A program made the position numbers and the translations under genes. The notes under the pieces are model-generated. The model had not been told where the DNA came from. It did not search any database and saw only the letters and a list, made by a program, of their open reading frames with translations. DNA of 64,000 nucleotides. It comes from a virus. Lineage: Duplodnaviria; Heunggongvirae; Uroviricota; Caudoviricetes. The stretch lies in the IMG/VR virus record IMGVR_UViG_3300035210_000190; one strand, given 5' to 3'. Below are positions 27,244 through 34,957 of the stretch, in pieces (positions within the stretch are counted from its first letter, which is position 1; each line of letters opens with the position of its first letter).

Positions 27244-27468
27244 ATGTATGGTAAAGACATTATTATTGTGGGCGGGGCTAGTGGCCGTGTAGGCTTTGGT
27301 CGGGTTATTCGTCTTTTGTCCAACATCCCTGTTGTAAATGGTGATTTTGTTGTCGATCATCTGGGGTTTGTGGATTACGTTGAACCTATTGTGATTAAGG
27401 CTGAAAACCGTCTTTATTATCAGCAGTTTGACAAGCCTTATGGGAAAAATTATCGCCGGTCAAAATGA
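27244..27468 (+). CDS. hypothetical protein, tandem paralogue B
   Basis: See 27008. Confidence 0.75.
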   Translation: MYGKDIIIVGGASGRVGFGRVIRLLSNIPVVNGDFVVDHLGFVDYVEPIVIKAENRLYYQQFDKPYGKNYRRSK

Positions 27469-27537
27469 AGTTTTTCTATACAGGCTAGTATAGGTCTGTT
27501 ATAATAATTTCAATATTTGATAATGGGAGTGATAATT

Positions 27538-27759
27538 ATGGGTATGGCTTTCGGTATTAGCGTTGATGACGTAGCTTCGGTTATGGCAAGTCATGGTGTA
27601 ACTCAGATTACTGAAGATGAGTTGACCAATCTCTTTGAATCACTCGATGGTGATATTATCGAGCACGCCGCTCTGGCGGGTAATGACATGGATGAGCAGA
27701 CTTCTTATGCTCACGCTGAAATTGCTTCACAGTTGAAAGATCGTGGGTTTATTTCTTAA
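27538..27759 (+). CDS. small acidic protein
   Basis: GGGAG SD. Confidence 0.75.
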   Translation: MGMAFGISVDDVASVMASHGVTQITEDELTNLFESLDGDIIEHAALAGNDMDEQTSYAHAEIASQLKDRGFIS

Positions 27760-27834
27760 ATCTATTCAATACACAAATAACGTTGACTTTATGTCATGAA
27801 AACTCTATAATTACCCAAATTATGGAGTTTTTTC

Positions 27835-28284
27835 ATGAAAGTTAAACTTAACGCTGATTGGTTGGCACCCGGCTTGAAATCAAAGCTTGTTTGGATTCAA
27901 GAAGTCCGCAATGGCTTTCATTTCACGCCTGCTCAAATTAAACCTTTGGCTGATTTTTTTTGGCATTTAACAGAAGGTTTAACCCTTTCAAAAGAACTTA
28001 TTGTTGATACTGATGATTTTGATGTTTTGAAATCTTTGGGTCATAAAACTCGTATTGATGATATTTGGATTAGTTATTCAAAAGCTATTCAACATCATCA
28101 TACCGAAGAAGATAATCACCTATTAAAAATTCAATCAAATCCGTATTTTTTGAAACAAGAACAATTAGAAAAAGAAATTAAAAATCTAATGAGCTTGATT
28201 CCAGAAGATAAAGTTCAACAGGTTGAAGAAGCATTAAAAAGAGTATTGGCTGTGCAGTCTTCCTTTTCTGGCCCTATTGGATAA
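27835..28284 (+). CDS. hypothetical protein
   Basis: TTGACT/TATAAT promoter, GGAG SD. Confidence 0.8.
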   Translation: MKVKLNADWLAPGLKSKLVWIQEVRNGFHFTPAQIKPLADFFWHLTEGLTLSKELIVDTDDFDVLKSLGHKTRIDDIWISYSKAIQHHHTEEDNHLLKIQSNPYFLKQEQLEKEIKNLMSLIPEDKVQQVEEALKRVLAVQSSFSGPIG

Positions 28285-28358
28285 TATGTCGTCTATTTAT
28301 CCTTGAAATAATCTTGATTTTGTTGTATAATGATTGTCTCAATAATGGGAGAGTGGAC

Positions 28359-28862
28359 ATGTCAGAATTCAGATACAATGTTGGCGATAAGGTTATTGAC
28401 CTTTCTGAACTGTCTTTGTGGGATAATTCTTTCCATTTCTCTCAATTTGAAAATAGTTTTCTAAAAACAGTCACCAGTGCGACTGCTGAACATTTTTCGG
28501 TCACTAAATATGATGTGACAAAACCCATGAATTATGACGCACACAATGATCGGTTTATCTTTAACCAAAAAGATGGAAGTTGCCGAAATTACACCTATAC
28601 CATTGACAATCACCTCTATCACTTTGTTCATGACCGTGATCGGGTTGTCTCCTTTGTCAAAAAGAAAATTGCCGAAGCTTTTGCAAAAGCCAAAGAAGAT
28701 GATGACAAAGAAATTGCTTCCTTGGAAGCTCAAATTCGCAGCCTTCAAGCCCGAATTGAAAAAATCAAAGCGGGTGGTCGTGAAGCTGTCTTTGGTAAAG
28801 TTCCACAACACGAATTCCTGCAGAACCGTGAAAAGTTCATTCTGACCAGTCTGGGTCTTTAA
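28359..28862 (+). CDS. hypothetical protein with coiled coil
   Basis: Co-oriented ORF after TGTATAAT promoter. Confidence 0.8.
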   Translation: MSEFRYNVGDKVIDLSELSLWDNSFHFSQFENSFLKTVTSATAEHFSVTKYDVTKPMNYDAHNDRFIFNQKDGSCRNYTYTIDNHLYHFVHDRDRVVSFVKKKIAEAFAKAKEDDDKEIASLEAQIRSLQARIEKIKAGGREAVFGKVPQHEFLQNREKFILTSLGL

Positions 28863-28885
28863 TCTTTTAACTGAGGTTTTAAAAT

Positions 28886-29146
28886 ATGTATCAGATAACC
28901 ATAGGTGATGTTGCGGGCCTTACAGGGTGTGTTTTGTTCGTTGTCCTTCTGATTGTTGTTCATAATCTTGGCGTGAAAGTTATGCAGCCAGAAGCAAAAG
29001 AGAATAAAGAAAATTATTTGGCTCAAGGCTTTATATGGGGGCTTCGTTTGTTTATTGTCGGCTTTTCCCTTGTCCCGTTTGGCTTTTTCGCCTTTGTTTA
29101 TCTGTCCAATCATCCACACGCTTTGGACTTTTTGATTTTTAAATAA
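28886..29146 (+). CDS. membrane protein (2 TM)
   Basis: Two hydrophobic segments; GAGG SD. Confidence 0.75.
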   Translation: MYQITIGDVAGLTGCVLFVVLLIVVHNLGVKVMQPEAKENKENYLAQGFIWGLRLFIVGFSLVPFGFFAFVYLSNHPHALDFLIFK

Positions 29147-29220
29147 AAAACCGTCGAAAAATGTTGTTTTCATTAGTAACCCTTGGTATAATTACCACAC
29201 TAACCCAGTGAGGCTCTACC

Positions 29221-29499
29221 ATGTCCCGTTATACTCGCAAAGACCTTTACGCTGAACTCAACGAAGTTAACAAAAAATTGGCTGGCTCCGGTTACTATTT
29301 GTCTGCTCAAAGTCGTAATGGCTACACAGGGCTTGATGAACACCGTGGCGATGCTAGCGAAGGACATGCAGGTAAATGCGTCCGCAACCTGCAATGTGGT
29401 ACGCCGCGTGAATGCATTCAGGCTGCTTATGACTACGAACCGCCTGAAGATGCTCGCAGCTTGAACGGCACTCAAAAAAGCCCTTTCGCTCCAATGTAA
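29221..29499 (+). CDS. hypothetical protein
   Basis: GAGG SD, TGGTATAAT promoter. Confidence 0.8.
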   Translation: MSRYTRKDLYAELNEVNKKLAGSGYYLSAQSRNGYTGLDEHRGDASEGHAGKCVRNLQCGTPRECIQAAYDYEPPEDARSLNGTQKSPFAPM

Positions 29500-29576
29500 G
29501 AACATCTTATAACCAACTAAAAGGCCGTCTCTACGGTCTTTTTTATTTAACATATCCACTAGTAGAGATTGTAATT

Positions 29577-29855
29577 ATGATAAGACACAGTAAGTATATC
29601 CTTTTATTGAATAATAATTTGTTTGTCTTTGGCAATGGACAAAACTTAGGTCATAAGGGTGTTTGGCGTGATGTATTGTGTTTGTGGAATGAAGGATTTG
29701 AATGCTTTTTCTTTGATCAACAAGGTGATGATATTGAGCATATAGACGATCTTATGCGTATGATGCTCAAAGGACCAATTGACCTCTATACGCAGGAGGC
29801 TGTGCGTAATGGTGGCGTTTCGATTCGGCTTGAGTTTAAAGAAATTGTCGAGTAA
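29577..29855 (+). CDS. hypothetical protein
   Basis: 92-aa co-oriented ORF. Confidence 0.7.
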   Translation: MIRHSKYILLLNNNLFVFGNGQNLGHKGVWRDVLCLWNEGFECFFFDQQGDDIEHIDDLMRMMLKGPIDLYTQEAVRNGGVSIRLEFKEIVE

Positions 29856-29937
29856 CATTCGTTAAAACGATGGTAGCAGAATTGTGTTTACCTTTTAATT
29901 CTGCTATAATCGCTTTATTAATTTTGAGGTCATTCTA

Positions 29938-30276
29938 ATGACAGCCACCACTGAAAAAGCTTTTGCTTCAATCGTTTCTAATATTGATAACGATGCTGTT
30001 TACAACATCACAGCCAAAGTGCTTGATACCAACATTATCAAGAAAATTCGCATTAAAAATGCAACTATTGATTCCGATGGTCCGATTGAAATCGTTTCCA
30101 TTTTCGGCACCCAGTGGCATGAATGCCCTGATAAAGACAGGTTGGCATTTGAGCAATTTGACCGGGCGATCAGTGCTTACTTGATTGAAGTGACTAAGCA
30201 TTGTCATCCGCTTGATCTTATGCGTCATCTGGTCGATAAAGGTTTCTCTTTCGAGTATTACCCAGACAGAAGTTGA
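29938..30276 (+). CDS. hypothetical protein
   Basis: GAGG SD, TGCTATAAT promoter. Confidence 0.8.
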   Translation: MTATTEKAFASIVSNIDNDAVYNITAKVLDTNIIKKIRIKNATIDSDGPIEIVSIFGTQWHECPDKDRLAFEQFDRAISAYLIEVTKHCHPLDLMRHLVDKGFSFEYYPDRS

Positions 30277-30350
30277 TTGTTTTTTTCTTTGTTTTTTGCT
30301 ATGATACTGGGATTGTATAATCTTCTACAACCATTTAATTTGAGGTGTGT

Positions 30351-30545
30351 ATGGCTGGTTACATTCACGATGATGTTAAAGAAATTATGGAAGATGCTGC
30401 TGAAAATAAGCGTCTGGATATTGTGAACGCTAGATTGCCGTCTACCGTGGGTTGGACTGATGATCAGTTGAAGTCTTTGGACGTTATGCTGCAATATGCA
30501 TGGAACCGTGGCTATAAGTCGGCTGCAAAAGATTTGATGGAATAA
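30351..30545 (+). CDS. hypothetical protein
   Basis: GAGGTG SD. Confidence 0.75.
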   Translation: MAGYIHDDVKEIMEDAAENKRLDIVNARLPSTVGWTDDQLKSLDVMLQYAWNRGYKSAAKDLME

Positions 30546-30572
30546 ATTTTATTGAAAATGTAGAAAAAAGCG

Positions 30573-30601
30573 TTGCAGTCTTGTCTAAACCTTGATACAC
30601 T
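30573..30601 (+). promoter_or_regulatory. promoter of tRNA-Leu(CAA) / tRNA-like RNA unit
   Basis: TTGCAG-17 nt-TACACT with extended TG. Confidence 0.65.
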
Positions 30602-30631
30602 GCAACGCATAAAGAGTAGAGAAACAGATAC

Positions 30632-30716
30632 GCCCATGTGGTGAAATTGGTAGACGCGGCGGATTCAAAATCCGCTTCCGAAAGGAGTGTCGGTTCGAGT
30701 CCGACCTTGGGCACCA
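30632..30716 (+). tRNA. tRNA-Leu (anticodon CAA)
   Basis: Cloverleaf: GCCCATG/CTTGGGC acceptor, GCGGA-TTCAAAA-TCCGC anticodon arm, long variable arm, GGTTCGAGTCC T-arm, encoded CCA. Confidence 0.97.
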
Positions 30717-30730
30717 AATTTAAGATTTCT

Positions 30731-30897
30731 GGCTGTTGCTAAACTGGATCGGTTGGCGGTGTTATACGTGCAAACATCAAAGACCGTGGATGTGGAGGCA
30801 GAGTGAAGATGAAATAGTAAGTCAGACGAGGCCGCACGTACTCTGAGACTTATGAAATAGTCCTAACTTGGTGGTTCGACCCCATCAACAGCTACCA
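30731..30897 (+). ncRNA. 167-nt tRNA-like / mini-tmRNA-like RNA
   Basis: Acceptor GGCTGTT/AACAGCT + A + CCA, T-arm GGTGG-TTCGACC-CCATC, D-loop-like AACTGGAT, no anticodon arm, about 110-nt structured insert. Confidence 0.8.
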
Positions 30898-30904
30898 AAC
30901 ACAA

Positions 30905-30927
30905 GACCACCTTCGGGTGGTTTTTTT
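30905..30927 (+). terminator. intrinsic terminator closing the tRNA / tRNA-like unit
   Basis: GACCACC-TTCG-GGTGGTT plus T-tract. Confidence 0.85.
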
Positions 30928-30993
30928 ATGCTTTTCATTTCCTATTTTACCTTTTTTGTAGTATAATGTGCTTATTCAAAAAGGGGTGCTTTT

Positions 30994-31602
30994 ATGAAAA
31001 TTGTCGAACATGAATCTACACAGTATAAGCCAAGAACTGTACACAATGCTCATACTGCAGATCTTACGGTCGCTTTCGCAGAAGACTTTAGCTCGGCAGG
31101 TGAAAAACTTACCAAGCGTGAAGCTGGTGATCGTTATGTTGCCATCCATTTGAGCACAGATCCCCTTGTTGCAGCTCGTATGCTATATGCTGCCTGCAAA
31201 AAACACAATGTATCCACCTTGAACGTAGCGGGGAATGGTATCTATTCCCTTTCGGGAGAATGGTCACATGGTCAACTGTCGGATAAACAAAAATTCGAAT
31301 ATTTGGATGAAGGTTCAATCATTAACGAGTTCCAAGTATCCTTGAACCAGTGGGTTTATATGGTTATTTCCAAAGTCCATGAGTTCTGGCCGCTGACTAA
31401 CCTTATCTCAGGTGGTCAAACAGGTGCTGACTGGGCGGGTGGTATTGCTGGTGAAGCTATCGGTTTGAATGTGACAATGACCTTCCCTAAGCATTGTTTG
31501 CAACGTGATGAACACCACAAAGATTTTACCCAGTCGATTGCGACAGTTCAAAAGAAAGTTGATACTTATTTGAACTATATTGATAGCACTCAAAAAATCT
31601 AG
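30994..31602 (+). CDS. SLOG-superfamily (putative Mo-carrier / cpYpsA-like) protein with permuted motif order
   Basis: Y..RT..N...AD.T..F and LNVAG at the N-terminal side; ISGGQTGAD at the C-terminal side. Confidence 0.7.
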   Translation: MKIVEHESTQYKPRTVHNAHTADLTVAFAEDFSSAGEKLTKREAGDRYVAIHLSTDPLVAARMLYAACKKHNVSTLNVAGNGIYSLSGEWSHGQLSDKQKFEYLDEGSIINEFQVSLNQWVYMVISKVHEFWPLTNLISGGQTGADWAGGIAGEAIGLNVTMTFPKHCLQRDEHHKDFTQSIATVQKKVDTYLNYIDSTQKI

Positions 31603-31676
31603 CTTCAAAAACTAGATTTTCTTTACATTATCCTCATTATTAATGTATAATTGCTGAAATCAAACGAGGATTCGAC

Positions 31677-32264
31677 ATGTCTGTCATTGAAGAACTAGCT
31701 CAAAAACTGAAAAATATCGAAGACGAACGTTCTAAGATCTTTGCTCAGATTAAGCCACTTCAAGAGAAAGCATCTGTTTTGTATGCTGAAATGACTCTGA
31801 TCAAAGAAGATATCACGAAAGCAACACTTCTGTTGGAACAGTCTGAACAGGAGCGTTTTGACTTCTTGATGGAAGAAAAAGGTCACGGCACCGATGAAAT
31901 TCGTTATCGAGCAGCCGAAAAGTTCATTCGCTCTCTTGGTTTGTATATGAGTGGGTATAACCCATTCAGCGAACAAAAGTCAAGTGATGTTTTCATCTTT
32001 AAGCATGACGCAGAAAGAAATGAGCAATCCATCGAATCACTCAAAAAACTGGTTGAACTTTATAAGCCTATGGACAGTCATGGTAACAAAAAGTTCCGTG
32101 TTTTCTGTCAGGATTATTACATTGTTTTTACTGCCAACAAAACCATTGATCTTACTGGCCGTTATATGACTTCTAAGGAGTTTCCAACCATCGAAGCGTT
32201 GTTTGAACATTACGTTGCTCATTGCGAATGCTATGACGCCGAAGAAACTGAAAGTGATGATTAA
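31677..32264 (+). CDS. hypothetical protein with N-terminal coiled coil
   Basis: GAGGA SD. Confidence 0.8.
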   Translation: MSVIEELAQKLKNIEDERSKIFAQIKPLQEKASVLYAEMTLIKEDITKATLLLEQSEQERFDFLMEEKGHGTDEIRYRAAEKFIRSLGLYMSGYNPFSEQKSSDVFIFKHDAERNEQSIESLKKLVELYKPMDSHGNKKFRVFCQDYYIVFTANKTIDLTGRYMTSKEFPTIEALFEHYVAHCECYDAEETESDD

Positions 32265-32428
32265 GAAAAGGGCCGAATGGCCCTTTTTTGTTTCTTGTTA
32301 AAAATCAATAAGATAAACACAAAAATTTAGGATTTTTTTTAAGAAAAAAACGAAAATAATGCTTTACAGCTACCCACTTTTTCCATATAATGAACCCATC
32401 AAAACGAAACAACACAAGGAAATACAAA

Positions 32429-32560
32429 ATGCAAGGTTCTCACCGCGACATGATGGAAAAGTTTGCAGGCAAGCAGAAAGATAACTCCAAACGTGGCGAT
32501 AACAAAGCCAGCCGTCAAATGCGTGACCAGCGTCGTCAGCGTCATCCAGACGCAGAATAA
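32429..32560 (+). CDS. 43-aa basic peptide, MQGS family copy 3 (divergent)
   Basis: MQGSHRDMMEKFAGKQKDNSKRGDNKASRQMRDQRRQRHPDAE; TTTACA-17-TATAAT promoter; stop lies 6 nt before tRNA-Leu(UAA). Confidence 0.85.
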   Translation: MQGSHRDMMEKFAGKQKDNSKRGDNKASRQMRDQRRQRHPDAE

Positions 32561-32566
32561 AACCAC

Positions 32567-32651
32567 GCCCGGTTGGTGAAATTGGTAGACACGAGGGACT
32601 TAAAATCCCTTTCCGAAAGGAGTGCCGGTTCGAGTCCGGCACCGGGCACCA
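32567..32651 (+). tRNA. tRNA-Leu (anticodon TAA)
   Basis: Cloverleaf: GCCCGGT/ACCGGGC acceptor, AGGGA-CTTAAAA-TCCCT anticodon arm, long variable arm, T-arm, encoded CCA. Confidence 0.97.
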
Positions 32652-32689
32652 GATTAAAAATAACATTAACCACTTTTTACTTAATGAGT

Positions 32690-32721
32690 GTGCCAGAGGT
32701 GAGCCAATAATGCAGCATTAA
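32690..32721 (+). other. minigene unit 1 (SD GAGGTGA, 7 nt, ATG CAG CAT TAA)
   Basis: GTGCCAGAGGTGA-N7-ATGCAG-NNN-TAA; matched copy at 32799-32830. Confidence 0.7.
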
Positions 32722-32798
32722 CACTTAATTTAATCTATAATTGAATCTAGTATAATGATTGTTGAATGCCGACTAACCCTTAGTTCCTATTAAAGTAA

Positions 32799-32830
32799 GT
32801 GCCAGAGGTGAACTACCGATGCAGTTCTAA
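32799..32830 (+). other. minigene unit 2 (SD GAGGTGA, 7 nt, ATG CAG TTC TAA)
   Basis: Same 13-nt upstream block, spacing and stop position as unit 1. Confidence 0.7.
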
Positions 32831-32877
32831 ATTCAAATAAAATTGAGAATTTAAACTTAATATTAGTATAAAGAAAA

Positions 32878-32900
32878 GCCCCGTTAATTCGGGGTTTTTT
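32878..32900 (+). terminator. intrinsic terminator closing the peptide-tRNA-minigene unit
   Basis: GCCCCG-TTAATT-CGGGGT plus T-tract. Confidence 0.8.
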
Positions 32901-32979
32901 ATTTCTTTTGATTCAAAAATGAGTTTATTTCTTGTCTTTTCTTTGGTATAATAACGCTATTCCATACAGGGTCATTGCC

Positions 32980-33690
32980 ATGAAAAACACCACCCCCATG
33001 CAAGTCTTGAAACCTTTGTTGACTCTGTTTAAGAATCTTCAAGGTTTTACGCTTATTGAATTAAATGGCAAAAAAGGTGGCACTACTTTTGTAGGCTCGA
33101 CAATGTATAAATCAAAACCTGTCACGTTTGATTATATTGCTATCTTGGGCACTGGTGGCATCTACCATGACTTGGGAAGCCATAAACGCTTTGTTAACAC
33201 TATCTCACTGGCGTTCAGCTACACTGACCGTAAGACGCCTGTTGTGCGGGCTGGTGTGGGCTTTCAACACAGGGTTGACTACTCAGCCGAGATTGATGTT
33301 TCTACCGCTAAAACACTGCTCACCGAGTTTTTGGAAAACCCAACGATTGATCATTTTGTTAAGACTTTCAATATCCTTCAAAGTTCTAAACTTAACGATT
33401 CTGATATTCTTGAATTTAAGGCACCGTATCTTGAAAAAGTAGATGCCCTGAAGTTGCAACTGGACAAGTTGAATGAATCATTGAGAATTAAACGCAATCA
33501 ATACTATGCGTTGAAAGGTAAAGGCAAGTCAGCCGAAGTTCAAAAAGAAGTCGAACGCCTTCATGACCAAGTGAAAGCACTTCAACAAGCTCTTCGTTCC
33601 ATTTTCAAAGACGACACCAAAAATATGCCCTATGTTGTAAGGCATTCGTTCAACAAAGAGACAGAACAAGTTCAATTTCGTTATACCTAA
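32980..33690 (+). CDS. hypothetical protein with C-terminal coiled coil
   Basis: Long ORF after TGGTATAAT promoter. Confidence 0.8.
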   Translation: MKNTTPMQVLKPLLTLFKNLQGFTLIELNGKKGGTTFVGSTMYKSKPVTFDYIAILGTGGIYHDLGSHKRFVNTISLAFSYTDRKTPVVRAGVGFQHRVDYSAEIDVSTAKTLLTEFLENPTIDHFVKTFNILQSSKLNDSDILEFKAPYLEKVDALKLQLDKLNESLRIKRNQYYALKGKGKSAEVQKEVERLHDQVKALQQALRSIFKDDTKNMPYVVRHSFNKETEQVQFRYT

Positions 33691-33756
33691 CGAAAAAGAT
33701 GGCTTTAAAAACTCAATTTTGGTATAATAGGCTATCAACTCAGAAAGGATATTTCC

Positions 33757-33993
33757 ATGCGTCGTAATTATGAAGAAATCAATAAAAAATGCGAACTGCT
33801 GACCAAGCTTGGCTTTGAAGTTGAACACCAAGATTCTCGGGTTAGCTTTAATGGTCATATTTTTGATTTTTCGGCCATTGCCTGCGATGAAGCATCTATC
33901 TTGAAAACAGCCTTGACCGTTATGTTTGAGCATGGCCGAGAACAAGGTAAAGAAGAAATTCGGGATGGCATGAAAAAACTGTTGCACATCTGA
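33757..33993 (+). CDS. hypothetical protein
   Basis: AAGGA SD. Confidence 0.8.
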   Translation: MRRNYEEINKKCELLTKLGFEVEHQDSRVSFNGHIFDFSAIACDEASILKTALTVMFEHGREQGKEEIRDGMKKLLHI

Positions 33994-34039
33994 TTTATTC
34001 TTGTAAAATAAAGTCTTTTATAAAAACATAGGTGACTAC

Positions 34040-34234
34040 ATGACTGAATATGGCATTGCACGAAACACGCGAAACCTTGCAGACCCATCTGGCATTATCT
34101 GTGATGGTTTGACCAAAGTAGAAGCAGAAGACTGGATGGGATACCATCTGGCTAACCGGGGCAGTCAGACCGAATTCTGTATCGTCAGTCGTGAAGTCAG
34201 TGATTGGGACTTGGCCGAAGATATGGCAATTTAA
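34040..34234 (+). CDS. hypothetical protein
   Basis: AGGTGA SD. Confidence 0.75.
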   Translation: MTEYGIARNTRNLADPSGIICDGLTKVEAEDWMGYHLANRGSQTEFCIVSREVSDWDLAEDMAI

Positions 34235-34364
34235 AGTTTCCATCAACATTGAATAAAACGTGCCCTTCCGGGCATTTTTTATGACTTAAAATTGATATTT
34301 ATCAAAAAAATGTTGTGTATTTAGGTTGTTTTTGATAAAATAATCACATTGAAAATATTCGTTA

Positions 34365-34631
34365 ATGGTGACAATGATGAACTATCCACATCTTCTTGAT
34401 AAAGTTCAGGTGATTGATGAAAATAGCATTCATCATCTGGAAACAGGTCGTGTCAGTAATTCTGTGATGAATTATTACCGCATTGTTGCTCTTGATTGTG
34501 GTTGTGTGGCAAAATTCTTTCTGTGTGATATTGCCTGTAAAGGGTATGGTGACAAAGAAGGTCGTTATCCTTATACAACTGGCTTGCCATTTACGACTTG
34601 TGACAAACACCAAAAACCAGCTAATTTATAA
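34365..34631 (+). CDS. Cys-rich hypothetical protein
   Basis: LDCGC, FLC..AC, CDKH: possible metal binding. Confidence 0.7.
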   Translation: MVTMMNYPHLLDKVQVIDENSIHHLETGRVSNSVMNYYRIVALDCGCVAKFFLCDIACKGYGDKEGRYPYTTGLPFTTCDKHQKPANL

Positions 34632-34644
34632 GGAAACTTTTGAC

Positions 34645-34857
34645 ATGAGCAATGAAGTTCCATACATCAAAACCCCAGCTTACATCAAGTCGCTTGAAGA
34701 TGACCGTGTTCGTCTTCAATCGGTCGAAGCTGACAATGCTCGCTGGTTGGCTGAAATCAAACGATTGCGGGAAACGATTGCAGAGAAAAACGAAGAAATT
34801 CGTGAACTGTCAAAATTTCAGCTCTACTGCTACAAGAACACTGACTACAAAGGTTAG
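34645..34857 (+). CDS. small coiled-coil protein
   Basis: AAGGA SD, ATG at 34645. Confidence 0.7.
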   Translation: MSNEVPYIKTPAYIKSLEDDRVRLQSVEADNARWLAEIKRLRETIAEKNEEIRELSKFQLYCYKNTDYKG

Positions 34858-34957
34858 AAAAACCTTATTTTTACTCAATACTTCCTAAAAATATCTTCTT
34901 TTTTCGTTCTCATCATGGTATAATCATTCCATCGAAACGAATTAGGAAGATTTTGTC

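Noticed and set aside
30484-30717. Minus-strand 77-aa ORF (MVPKVGLEPTLLSEADFESAAS...)
   Set aside because: Antisense shadow of tRNA-Leu(CAA); a well-known type of false ORF.
30731-30897. Calling the 167-nt RNA a canonical ssrA, or a tRNA with a group I intron
   Set aside because: It lacks G3-U70, is about half tmRNA length and has no degron-like tag end; the insert is too short for a group I core and no anticodon arm can be rebuilt by excision. Kept as tmRNA-like only.
32370-32666. Minus-strand 98-aa ORF (..WCPVPDSNRHSFRKGILSP..)
   Set aside because: Antisense shadow of tRNA-Leu(UAA) and the MQGS peptide gene.
32690-32830. CRISPR mini-array
   Set aside because: Only two 13-nt matches about 109 nt apart, no repeat-spacer periodicity and no cas genes. 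No CRISPR array was seen anywhere in the window.
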